Counted from the stretch's first letter, positions 42,780 to 53,994 are shown. The stretch is DNA of 64,000 bases from Octopus sinensis (GCF_006345805.1 NC_043009.1:28706001-28770000), one strand, 5' to 3'. Made by a program: numbers and translations. Notes: generated by a model from the sequence alone, not told the origin.

Positions 42780-44661
42780 TGTTGATAAAATATAGAAAGC
42801 ATATTTGGTATTTTAAGGTTTATAAAACATACACATGTTTTGGTAAGTCTACTGACAATATTACACTGTTTACATTCTTCAAGCTGCCACAACAAAGACC
42901 TTTCACAATGCCCAACACCAGGAATATGTGACCCCCATTAACTTTGATGGAAACTCAATTTCATGATGTATCTCTCGTCAAAAGCTTAGCAGTTCCTTAA
43001 ATAATGATCAATGAAATAAGGTCCAGTCCAAACTACATATTTCTAATTGATCATGGTAAAGCAAATTCCTTATAGGCACTGCTTTAACATATTAGCCATC
43101 CAGTAATTGAGACTTCTAGAAGGGTAGAAGAGTACAGATATTTGTCCCGATAGAATAAAGAAAATATCTGAAACGGCGATGGTTTTTGTGTCCATTGGCC
43201 AATAGCCAAGAGGAACAGACGGTATGCTGCCTGAATGGTAAGGTGCCATTTTAGAAAATGGCAGAAATCTACGTTAATCCAGTTACTGTGATATTCTTGA
43301 AAGTGTAATAAAAGATTAATTGCTGTGTGATTAGCAGGCAAGGTGTCTAATAGCCACTAACACCATAGCAGATCAATAACCCGAGAGACTTCGAGGCCAC
43401 AGCTTGGCTTTTTAGACTCATAATTCATTCAAGCTGAAAACTGTAATTCATTACATAATGTACATATGCGCCATCTAACGAGGCACTGATGTAGTTACAA
43501 GTCCAAAATTAATTGAAGTATTTGTTTATATATCTGCTTATGATGCTGGAAGCAATGATGCCTAAACATCATTTTATCTAATACCAAAGATACCTTTAGA
43601 ATACACAGACACACAAAGATATACATAGACGCATACACACACACACACACGCGCGCATACACACACACATACACATACATAAGCATACAGTCTTAAAAGT
43701 AGAACGTTATGGCTTAACATAACAGCAATTTGGAAACTCTATCTATTTGCCGTGAAGCCAACACAGTTATTGATTTTATCTAATAGCAAAATGAAGTTCG
43801 CTTTGAGCCATGAAGAAGTCAAAATATTCGGAAAAGATCTGCAAATACAATATGGAAGCCAATAGCATCATTTGATTTTCTTAATTTGTGCTTTTTTATT
43901 ATTTCTTTTTTATTTATATATTTATTTATTATTGGATTTCTTCTTCATATGTTTGTGAATGGAATGAAAAACATGTAAAGTTTATTTTTGCATCCTATCC
44001 TATTAATTTCTTACCTATGGAGGAGACCATAGATTTATAGGGAAGTGAAAATAACAGATTGTGATATTCCTTGCTGTTTGAGATGGAAATGAAAAAGCTA
44101 CAAACACAGAGCAGAGCCAAGCTGTGCGTTATTTGCTATAACATTTCTCTCCCTCTTTGTAATATCCTATTAAAAGGGGTTTCTTAGAATTTATTAAAAA
44201 TATTCTTTCTAGTTTTGTCACAAGGTCAGCAGTTGAGGAGAGGGGTAAATTGATTCCATTGACTCCCAGAGATTAACTACTACTTTATTTTATTGGCCCT
44301 GGATGGATAGAAAGCAAAGTTGACCTCAGCAGAATTTAAACTCAAAACAAAAGAAATGGAAGAAATACCACAAAGCATTTGTCCGAAGCACATTTGGTTC
44401 TGTCAGCTCACTGTTTTGAAATCATTTGAAATATAGAATTCTTTGTTCTCTTTACCATATTCTTTTCTACTCTAGGCCTGAAATGTTTTTGGGGAAGGGG
44501 CCAGTTGATTAGATCGACCTCAGTATGCAACTGGTACTTAATTTAATGACTCTGATAAAATAAGTACCTCAGTGGAATTTGAACTCAGAGCCTGATGACG
44601 GATGTAATACAGTTAAGTATTTCACCTGGCATGTTAACGATTCTGCCAGCTCACTGCTTTA

Positions 44662-44690
<29 letters not shown>

Positions 44691-44693
<3 letters not shown>

Positions 44694-45133
44694 CACAGAT
44701 AGAGAAATTAAGGCCAACAGACCAGATATAGTTGTCAGAGATCATGAAGAAAAAAAATGCTTTCTAATTGATGTATCAATACCGGCAGATGACAACGTGT
44801 CTCTAAAAGAAATGGAGAAACTCTCAAAATATAAAGACCTGGAAATAGAGGTAACTAGAATGTGGAATCTGAAAACAGAAACAATTCCTATCATAGTAGG
44901 TGCATTAGGCATGATAAAAAAATATTCAGATAAATACATAACAAAAACACCAGGACTTACAAACACATATAACATACAGAAAATTGCACTACTAGGCACT
45001 GCACACATCCTACGCAGAACACTTTCCATACAATAACCATCAGAGCATCACAACAAATCACAGCACATACCCAAGGCACACAGAGCTGCACTCGGTAGTG
45101 AAGTGAAAGCACGCTATAAAAATAAAACTACTG
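44691..45133 (+). mobile_element. 5'-truncated R4/Dong LINE (restriction-like endonuclease end) inserted in (TAA)n
   Basis: Open frame 44692-45036: KANRPDIVVRDHEEKKCFLIDVSIPADDNVSLKEMEKLSKYKDL..LLGTAHILRR; (TAA)n on both sides. Confidence 0.9.
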
Positions 45134-46311
45134 AATAATAATAATAATAATATTAATAATAATAATAATAATAATCTTTTCTACTCTAGGCAGAAGGCCC
45201 GACATGTTTTTGGAGAAGGTGACAGTCGATTAGATCGACCCCAGTATGCAACAGGCACTTAATTTATCAACCCTGGAAGGATGAAAGGCAAATTCGACCT
45301 CGGCAGAATTTGAACTCAGAACGTAAAGCCAGGCAAAATACCACTACGCATTTCGCCCAGCATGCTAATGTTTCTGCCTGCTTGCCACCTTTCTCTTGAC
45401 CATATTGAAACTGAATGGCTAAGCACCAGAAATTAGAACCAAAAATAAATAAATAAAACAAATAAATTATGTAAGTCCACCTTGAGCTAAAGAAGATACA
45501 ATTTGAATTGTTAGAAATAGTCTTTGAGTAAATACCATGAAGTAAAATATTTTTCTGAATGTTCACAATATTATTTCTTGAATCAAATTCTACCAGGGTT
45601 GACTTTGCCTGTCATTCTTTCGGGGTCGATAAATTAAGTACTAGTTGTGCACTGGCATTGATCTAATCGACTGGCTCCTTCCCAAAAAATTTCGGGCCTT
45701 GTGCCTAGAGTAGAAGAGAATATTATTTCTTGAATACTTCCACATGTCTTGTGAAATATTTGACACATTCTACTATAAATTCAAGAACTCAAATAGCATA
45801 ATAATTCTTAAAGTTTAGTGAATAAATATAAAAGAAGTGACAGGGGCAAAATCATTAAGGGATTCATTCACCTCAAACTGTGTCAGGGTTTTACTTTTAG
45901 AGGGTGTCTATGGTGGAGTCTGAATTTTAAAAGACCTAATACATGCTGTTACAAGGAACTGTAACAACTGACATAACCAGAAGCTAACAAATGGTTTAAA
46001 ATTTTGGCACAAGGCCAGCAATTTGGGGGAAGAGGAAAGTCGATTAAATCCACCCCAGTGCATAACAGGTACTTATTTTATTGATTCCAAAAGAATAAAA
46101 GACATTGTCTTTACTTTAGGGGAATTTAAACTCAGAACATAAAGAAATATGAGAGATGCCGTAAAACATTCTGGGATCATTGTGGTTTGAATAGCTCTCT
46201 CCAATTCTGTTCTAGTTGCTTTCAAATTTGGTACATGGATTAAATTTTGTATGTTAATTATGAAAATGAAAATTATTTTCCCTATAAATTTATACTTAAA
46301 AAGTTATTAAC

Positions 46312-46680
46312 CTTTAAAGTTTACAAAATTTGGAATTTTAGCCAATCAGAAGCGAGTATTTTACCCATCACCGTGAAGTTCCGTTAGCATAGTAAACAAA
46401 GAGCTCTTTTTCCATAGCAACCAAGAAGTGTAACCACCATGTGTTCCATAACTGTTTGCAAAGAACTCTGTTTCCATAGTAACCAATGATGCTGCATATG
46501 TGCACAAGTATTTAATTTCCTTATGCATATGTTTTAATGCTTTCCACAGTTATTTCTAAAGTTTTGACATCCCAGCACCCCCACCCACCCATTTCTCTTT
46601 ACTGTGACAGATGATGGAAGAGGCAGCAAGTGTACTGTTTTCTGATTGGCTGAAAGTTCTGAAAATCGTCAGTCTTTGAA
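46312..46680. promoter_or_regulatory. Inverted-ended segment with RFX X-box-like and CCAAT motifs
   Basis: AGCCAATCAGAA 46340 / TTCTGATTGGCT ~46640; GTTTCCATAGTAAC 46470-46483; TTTTCCATAGCAAC 46408-46421. May be a MITE rather than a promoter. Confidence 0.35.
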
Positions 46681-46700
46681 CACCTGTAACATTTTCGCAG

Positions 46701-47318
46701 TATTTTTCTGGAATAAAGACTAACAAAATCAGACTTCAGTGTCACAAATCATATCTTTTTGCTATATTAAAAACATTTTTGAAGATTTCGACATGCAGTG
46801 CTTCAAACCAGAAAGATCCGGATTTTTCCCAACATACTAAAGATTCTGGCAGCTCTCCATCTTTCAGGCAACCACTTAATGTTACCCACTTAAATATCTT
46901 CCAACAGATTCATCATACAATTAAAGCCCACAGTTCTAATAGTTCTCATGCCGCTCTTTTTGGGCAGAACAATCAAAGGACAATGCCAACAATAGCTGAT
47001 GATAGTTTCACAGATTATTTAGCCACCAACATAACCCATTCTTCATCGAAGCAATTTATTTATATGATATTTGATATCAATAAAACTGCATCCCACGTGA
47101 GAACCTTCAATTTAGAGTGCACACAAATGGCCTACCTCCATCTATTATCTGTTGAATCTGAAGCTACCATTGGAGGATTTCTTCTGACAAGATCCTCCCT
47201 ATTTCATATTTTATCAATTGTGGAATGTCTTACGTTTTTATTGTCTTTCATTCTATTCCTTCCTACCATTATTAATTTATTTGCTGTCATTTTTAATACC
47301 ACACAATCCAACACATAA
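46701..47318 (+). CDS. Possible terminal coding exon: Ser/Thr/Asn-rich region plus hydrophobic C-terminus; product unknown
   Basis: Non-repetitive frame open 46680-47318; TTTTCGCAG acceptor-like site ending 46700; AATAAA 47382-47387. No homology recognised. Confidence 0.35.
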   Translation, partial: YFSGIKTNKIRLQCHKSYLFAILKTFLKISTCSASNQKDPDFSQHTKDSGSSPSFRQPLNVTHLNIFQQIHHTIKAHSSNSSHAALFGQNNQRTMPTIADDSFTDYLATNITHSSSKQFIYMIFDINKTASHVRTFNLECTQMAYLHLLSVESEATIGGFLLTRSSLFHILSIVECLTFLLSFILFLPTIINLFAVIFNTTQSNT

Positions 47319-47498
47319 AAATACCACCTGCTAATATTGATTTATATATATATATATTTATAGGATTTATAGGTAAGGGATAATAAAACAAATGGTCTAC
47401 ACATGGTAGCTTACTGGTAAAGCACAGTCACTTTCACAGTGATTGTTATGTATATTCCATCTTTCGTCTTTCAATTGCCATATATAGATAGATATATC

Positions 47499-47538
<40 letters not shown>

Positions 47539-47550
47539 CATATATATACA

Positions 47551-47584
<34 letters not shown>

Positions 47585-47815
47585 TAATAGAAATATTAAA
47601 ATAACTAAGTCTCTCTAAAAGAGAACAGCGGCAGCGTTCCCGGAAAATAATAGTTATCGCCATACTAATATGGCATTCTTATAAAAATAAGAAAAAAGCT
47701 GTCCGCTTATTAGCTCCATGAGGCCATCACCTTAAGTTAGCTATTTGATACACAAACTGTATCCATATAACCTTCGAACAAGGGAGGTCAGTCGCTCCAC
47801 ACTACTTCACCGGCA

Positions 47816-47857
47816 GCTACAGACGCGTTTCGGGGTATTGGCCCTTTTCAATGCAGC
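47816..47857 (-). ncRNA. Minimal type I hammerhead, UUGAAAA (U3-A8) core
   Basis: Reverse complement of 48236-48277. Confidence 0.78.
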
Positions 47858-48235
47858 GTAGCCAGCCAGGAGGTGTCGCTTCCGACAATCTCTGTTCGAT
47901 GGTTTTATTTACCTAGTTTCGGTGGAATACATCCACTTGTTTTCAATAATAGAAATATTAAAATAACTAAGTCTCTCTAAAAGAGAACAGCGGCAGCGTT
48001 CCCGGAAAATAATAGTTATCGCCATACTAATATGGCATTCTTATTTTTATAAGAATGCCATATTTGTATGGCGATAACTATTATTTTCCGGGAACGCTGC
48101 CGCTGTTCTCTTTTAGAGAGACTTAGTTATTTTAATATTTCTATTATTGAAAACAAGTGGATGTATTCCACTGAAACTAGGTAAATAAAACCATCGAACA
48201 GAGATTGTCGGAAGCGACACCTACTGGCTGGCTAC

Positions 48236-48277
48236 GCTGCATTGAAAAGGGCCAATACCCCGAAACGCGTCTGTAGC
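48236..48277 (+). ncRNA. Minimal type I hammerhead, UUGAAAA (U3-A8) core
   Basis: GCTGCA-TTGAAAA-GGG(CCAATAC)CCC-GAAA-CGCG-TC-TGTAGC; palindromic stem III ACGCGT; predicted cut after C48271. Confidence 0.78.
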
Positions 48278-48443
48278 TGCCGGTCAAGTAGTGTGGAGCG
48301 ACTGACCTCCCTTGTTCGAAGGTTATATGGATACAGTTTGTGTATCAAATAGCTAACTTAAGGCGATGGCCTCATGGAGCTAATAAGCGGACAGCTTTTT
48401 TCTTATTTTTATAAGAATGCCATATTAGTATGGCGATAACTAT

Positions 48444-48488
<45 letters not shown>

Positions 48489-48551
48489 ATATACACATAC
48501 ATATATATACATACATACATATATACATATATATATATAATATATATATAT

Positions 48552-49409
48552 AATAGAAATATTAAAATAACTAAGTCTCTCTAAAAGAGAACAGCGGCAG
48601 CGTTCCCGGAAAATAATAGTTATCGCCATACTAATATGGCATTCTTATAAAAATAAGAAAAAAGCTGTCCGCTTATTAGCTCCATGAGGCCATCACCTTA
48701 AGTTAGCTATTTGATACACAAACTGTATCCATATAACCTTCGAACAAGGGAGGTCAGTCGCTCCACACTACTTCACCGGCAGCTACAGACGCGTTTCGGG
48801 GTATTGGCCCTTTTCAATGCAGCGTAGCCAGCCAGGAGGTGTCGCTTCCGACAATCTCTGTTCGATGGTTTTATTTACCTAGTTTCGGTGGAATACATCC
48901 ACTTGTTTTCAATAATAGAAATATTAAAATAACTAAGTCTCTCTAAAAGAGAACAGCGGCAGCGTTCCCGGAAAATAATAGTTATCGCCATACTAATATG
49001 GCATTCTTATTTTTATAAGAATGCCATATTTGTATGGCGATAACTATTATTTTCCGGGAACGCTGCCGCTGTTCTCTTTTAGAGAGACTTAGTTATTTTA
49101 ATATTTCTATTATTGAAAACAAGTGGATGTATTCCACTGAAACTAGGTAAATAAAACCATCGAACAGAGATTGTCGGAAGCGACACCTACTGGCTGGCTA
49201 CGCTGCATTGAAAAGGGCCAATACCCCGAAACGCGTCTGTAGCTGCTGGTCAAGTAGTGTGGAGCGACTGACCTCCCTTGTTCGAAGGTTATATGGATAC
49301 AGTTTGTGTATCAAATAGCTAACTTAAGGCGATGGCCTCATGGAGCTAATAAGCGGACAGCTTTTTTCTTATTTTTATAAGAATGCCATATTAGTATGGC
49401 GATAACTAT

Positions 49410-49415
<6 letters not shown>
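48552..49415. mobile_element. Hammerhead-bearing foldback element, copy 2 (tandem, offset 966)
   Basis: Nearly identical to 47586-48449; hammerheads at 48782-48823- and 49202-49243+. Confidence 0.8.
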
Positions 49416-49453
<38 letters not shown>

Positions 49454-49455
<2 letters not shown>

Positions 49456-49793
49456 CAATTGCAGCGTGGAAGGTGTTTATGAGCCATTTAAGAAACACAC
49501 AAAAGCCGTTCGATTCACTTCAACATTTAAGTTTAATTTGTCAAAATATTTTCGTCGCTAAAATCCGCGACCTGTTCACTGACAAAAATCTGTGCTGCCG
49601 GATTTTTGTCAGTGAACAGGTCGCGGATTTTAGCGACGAAAATATTTTGACAAATTAAACTTAAATGTTGAAGTGAATCGAACGGCTTTTGTGTGTTTCT
49701 TAAATGGCTCATAAACACCTTCCACGCTGCAATTGTTTTCATTACAGCACACGATCTCAGATCAAATTACTTGCTATGCGAGTACATCTCCGT
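49454..49793. mobile_element. Second hammerhead-bearing foldback family
   Basis: Perfect 137-bp arms 49454-49590 / 49601-49737, 10-nt loop, 56-bp unpaired extension, (AT)n flanks. Confidence 0.85.
49605..49654 (+). ncRNA. Minimal type I hammerhead, GUGAACA (G3-C8) core
   Basis: TTTGTCA-GTGAACA-G-GTCGC(GGATTTTA)GCGAC-GAAA-ATAT-TT-TGACAAA; palindromic stem III AATATT; mirror copy at 49537-49586-. Confidence 0.72.
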
Positions 49794-49830
49794 AATATAT
49801 ATATATATATATTATATATATATATATATG

Positions 49831-49866
<36 letters not shown>

Positions 49867-49897
49867 AATAGTGAGGGGTCAGCAAAAGAGACGCATC

Positions 49898-49974
<77 letters not shown>

Positions 49975-50019
49975 TATATACTAGAAAAATGGTCAAATTT
50001 TCCAGAAGAATTTAGTTCA

Positions 50020-50056
50020 ATTTGAAAACTCCACTAGAATGGACGAAAGCGCTAAT
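50020..50056 (+). ncRNA. Partly decayed minimal hammerhead, UUGAAAA core
   Basis: TTGAAAA-C-TCCA(CTAGAA)TGGA-C-GAAA-GCGC-TA; stem III palindrome AGCGCT; C-C mismatch at 10.1/11.1 and only 2 bp of stem I. Confidence 0.5.
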
Positions 50057-50222
50057 ACATGATATATGATATATGATATATAATGTATAAAAAAATGTAA
50101 TATACAAATAAATATCTGTAAATATAAAACCATCCAAATTTCTGAGTACCTTATTTGTTCTAATATAAAATACCTGCACATCATCTCCAAACCTTCTAAT
50201 ACATATATATATATATATATAT

Positions 50223-53200
50223 ATCATCATCCTCATCATCCTTTTAGCATCCATTCTCCATGCTAGCATGGGTTGGACGGTTCAACTGGGGTCTGTGAAG
50301 CTGGAAGGCTTCATCAGGCCCAGTCAGATCTGGCAGTGTTTCTACGGCTGGATGCCCTTCCTAACGCCAACCACTCCGTGAGTGTAGTGGGTGCTTTTTA
50401 CGTGCCACCCGCACAGGTGCAAGACAGAGCTGGCAAACGGCCACGAACGGATGGTGCTTTTACGTGTCACCGGCACGGGGCCAGGCAAGGCTGGCAACGG
50501 ACATGAACGGATGGTGCTTTTACGTGCCACCAACAAGGGGGCCAGACAGAGCTGGCAAACGGCCATGAAACGGATGGTGCTTTTACGTGTCACCAGCACG
50601 GGGGCCAGGCGAGGCTGGCAACGGACACGAACGGATGGTGCTTTTACATGCCACCGACACGGGGGCCAGACAGGGCTGGCAAACGGCCACGAACGGATGG
50701 TGCTTTTACGTGTCACCGGCACGGGGGCCAGGCGAGGCTGGCAACGGACACGAATGGATGGTGCTTTTACATGTCACTGACATGGGGGCCAGACAGGGCT
50801 GGCAAACGGCCACGAACGGATGGTGCTTTTACATGTCACCAACATGGGGGCCAGACAGGGCTGGCAAACGGCCACGAACGGATGGTGCTTTTACGTGTCA
50901 CCGGCACGGGGGTCAGACAGAGCTGGCAAACGGCCACAAATGGATGGTGCTTTTACGTGTCACCGGCACGGGGGCCAGGCCAGGCTGGCAACGAACACAA
51001 ACGGCTGGTGCTTTTACGTGCCACCGACACGGGGGCCAGACAGGGCTGGCAAACGGCTACGAACGGATGGTGCTTTTATGTGTCACCTGCACGGGGGCCC
51101 TGATGTTGATCGACCTCAATTTGGTTTGATTTTGATTTTGACTGTTCTCACTGGTCTTGCCGGGTTTTCTCACGCACAGCAAACTTCCAAAGGTCTCGGT
51201 CACTGGTCATTTCCTTGGTGAGACCTAAAGTTCGAAGGTCGTGCTTCACCGCCTCGACCCAGGTTTTCCTGGGTCTACCTCTTCCACAGGTCCCCTCAAC
51301 TGCCAGGGTGTGGCACTTTCGCACACAACTATCTTCAACCATTCTCATCACATGACCATACCAGCGCATACGTCTCTCTTGCACACAACAACTGATGCTT
51401 CTTAGGTTCAACTTTTCTCTCAAGGTACTTACACTCTGTCGATTATGAACACTGATGTTACACATCCATCGGAGCATACTAGCTTCATTTCTTGCGAGCT
51501 TACGCAAATCCTCAGCAGTCACAGCCCAAGTTTCACTACCATGTAGCATGGCTGTACGTACACATGCATCATACAGTCTGCCTTTTACTTTGAGCGAGAG
51601 GCCTTTTGTCACCAGCAGGGGTAAGAGCTCTCTAAACTTTGCCCAGGCTATTCTTACTCTAGCAGTTATACTTTCAGCGCACCCGCCCCCGCTACTGACT
51701 TGGTCACCTAGGTAACGGAAACTATCAACTACTTCTAGCTTTTCTCCCTGGAAAGTGGCGGAAGTTGGTCTCAGAGCATTTTCAGTGTTAATTGTTCCTG
51801 AGCATCTGCCACATACAAAAAACATCTTCCTAGTTAGCCTTCCTTTGACATTGCTGCACCTCTTATGTGTCCATAGCTTACACTTGGTGCATCTTATAGA
51901 GTTTCTACCTACACCTTTTCTACAGATCGAGCAGAGCCATCTACCTGAAGGCGTTTGTGATTGGTCTACCTTCCTACTTATTAGGACTTTGGTTTTGGCT
52001 AGGTTGATTCTAAGGCCCTTCGATTCTAAACCTTATTTCCATACCTGAACTTCTCCTCTAGTTCTGATAGAGACTCAGCAATTAGAGCAAGGTCATCAGC
52101 ATAGAGGAGCTCCCAGGGGCATCCTGTCTTGAATTCCTCCGTTATTGCCTGGAGGACTATGATAAATAGGAGGGGACTGAGGACTGAACCTTGGTGGACC
52201 CCAACCTCTACCCTGAATTCTTCACTGTACTCGGTGCCAACCCTCACCTTACTAGCAGCGTCTCTGTACATGGCTTGTACAGCTTTCACTAACCATTCAT
52301 CTATCCCTAGTTTCCTCATTGACCACCAGATGAGGGATCGGGGGCCCTGTCAAAGGCTTTCTCCATATCAACAAAAGCCAGGTATAGGGGCTTGTCTTTG
52401 GCTAGGTATTTCTCTTGCAGCTGTCTTACCATGAAAATAGCATCAGTAGTACTTTTCCCTGGCACGAACCCAAACTGCATCTGATCTAGGCTAACTCTCT
52501 CTCTAATTAGTTGGGCTATAACCCTCTCCGTAACCTTCATTACCTGATCCAGCAGCTTGATACCCCTGTAGTTATTTGTATCTAGGGCGTCACCTTTACC
52601 TTTGTAGCAGCTGACTATTATGTTGCTACACCAGTCATTGGGAATGACTCCTTCGTGTATCACCTGGTTAACTATACGGGTGACTAGGCTATAGCCGACA
52701 CTACCAGATATTTTGAGCATCTCTGCAGTAATTCCTGATGGGCCTGGGGCTTTCCCTGTTTTCATGCTTTTAATTGCCTTATCTACTAAGGAACTGTCAA
52801 CTCGGATTGCTGGTCCCTCTGTTGGGTCAACATTCGGCAGACTCTCTTTATCCCATTCATTTTCCTCATTCAGCAACCTTTCATAGTGGCTTCTCCAAAC
52901 CTCTCTCTTTGCATCCTCATTTAGTGCAAGTGAGCCGTCATCCGTGCCAACACATTTTTCTCCTACCACGTCACGATTCTCTCTCACACACTGTCTTGCT
53001 ATACGAAATACCTCAAGACTTTCATCCTCACGGCGCAGGACATTGGCAAGTTTTTTCCTATCTGCTTCCCGTGGCTAAATAAACCTGCCTCCTAGCTTCC
53101 CTTCTTGCAGTCTGATACACTTCCCTGCTACCACCGTTCTTCCAGTCCTTCCAAGCCTGTTTCTTTTGTCTAATAGCCCTGTCAACAGTATTGTTCCACC

Positions 53201-53583
53201 ACCACGTTATTTTGGGTCTTGTGGGGACTTTGCACCAGCCACAGATCTGGTCAGTGGCTTTCAGCAGGTTGTCCCTTAGAAACGCCCAGTTATCTTCTAC
53301 CCCATGTGTAGCTATGCCCCCTTCTATTTCGTCGAAGGCTTCAAGTAACATGTCTCTAAATCTCTGTCCGTTAGCAGGGTCTTTAAGCTTCCAGACCCTT
53401 CTTCTCCATGTTGGTCGTCTTCTAGTCGTCCTCTTAGTCCTGATCCTAAAGTCACTGACTACCATTCTATGTTGTGGGGTACATTCTTTGCCTGGGAAGG
53501 TTTTGGCATTCATAAGCAGCCATCTTTCCCTTTTTCTGGCAAGGATGTAGTCGATTTGGCTAGTATGCTGGCCCGAACGGTAG
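50223..53583 (-). mobile_element. 5'-truncated RTE-clade LINE (APE C-terminal part, RT, PHD-like finger, 3'UTR array, (GAT)n tail)
   Basis: QIDYIL (53058-53591); YRGIKLL..QFGF..AFVDMEKAFDR (52316-52987); GVHQGSVLSPLLF..LLYADDL (52026-52319); FRYLG..WYGHV..RGRPRKTW (51148-51825); disrupted by frameshifts and a stop. Confidence 0.95.
50390..51100 (-). repeat. ~61-bp tandem array (11 full units plus one partial) in the RTE 3'UTR
   Basis: Unit GGTGCTTTTACGTG(T/C)CACC..GCACGGGGGCCAG..GCTGGCAA(A)CGG..ACGAACGGAT; two variants ordered A,B,A,B,A,B,A,A,A,B,A. Confidence 0.95.
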
Positions 53584-53792
53584 GTGACCAAGTGGCTTGT
53601 TGGTTATATATATACGTTTAAATATTTGTTGTGCAAGATTTTTTATGTGAAGTCGTGTGTTGAAACAGATATTGTTATATTTCGGAATGGTCATTTTGCC
53701 AGTTTAGCCAATAAAAACACACGCACTGTATATTTGGTGTTATTTTGCTTCAGTGTTATTTATTTTTTACATTAATCTTAATCTTATTTCAG

Positions 53793-53832
53793 CCAGAGTT
53801 CTTTCGTCACACTCCTGTGACCGCATCAGTGG
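53793..53832 (-). ncRNA. Candidate minimal hammerhead, CUGAUGC core
   Basis: CCA-CTGATGC-G-GTCAC(AGGAGT)GTGAC-GAAA-GAAC-TC-TGG within the 53585-53888 island. Confidence 0.65.
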
Positions 53833-53887
53833 TCCTTTGTTTTCTTCTGTTTTATTTGTGTCTCTTCTTACTAACCATCAGCCATTT

Positions 53888-53927
<40 letters not shown>

Positions 53928-53954
53928 TACATACATATATATATACATACACAC

Positions 53955-53994
<40 letters not shown>

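Larger units (their letters stand above)
47586..48449. mobile_element. Hammerhead-bearing foldback element (Penelope pLTR / retrozyme-like), copy 1
   Basis: 401-bp arms 47644-48044 / 48049-48449 with a TTTT loop; 97-bp direct repeat 47586-47682 / 47948-48044 (362-nt period); (AT)n flanks. Confidence 0.85.

Noticed and set aside
50390-51100. CRISPR-like array or repeat-protein ORFs (50342-51221)
   Set aside because: The inter-repeat segments are themselves two recurring variants, not unique spacers. There are no cas genes, the context is eukaryotic, and the array lies in a LINE 3'UTR; overlapping ORFs on both strands follow from the GC-rich repeat.
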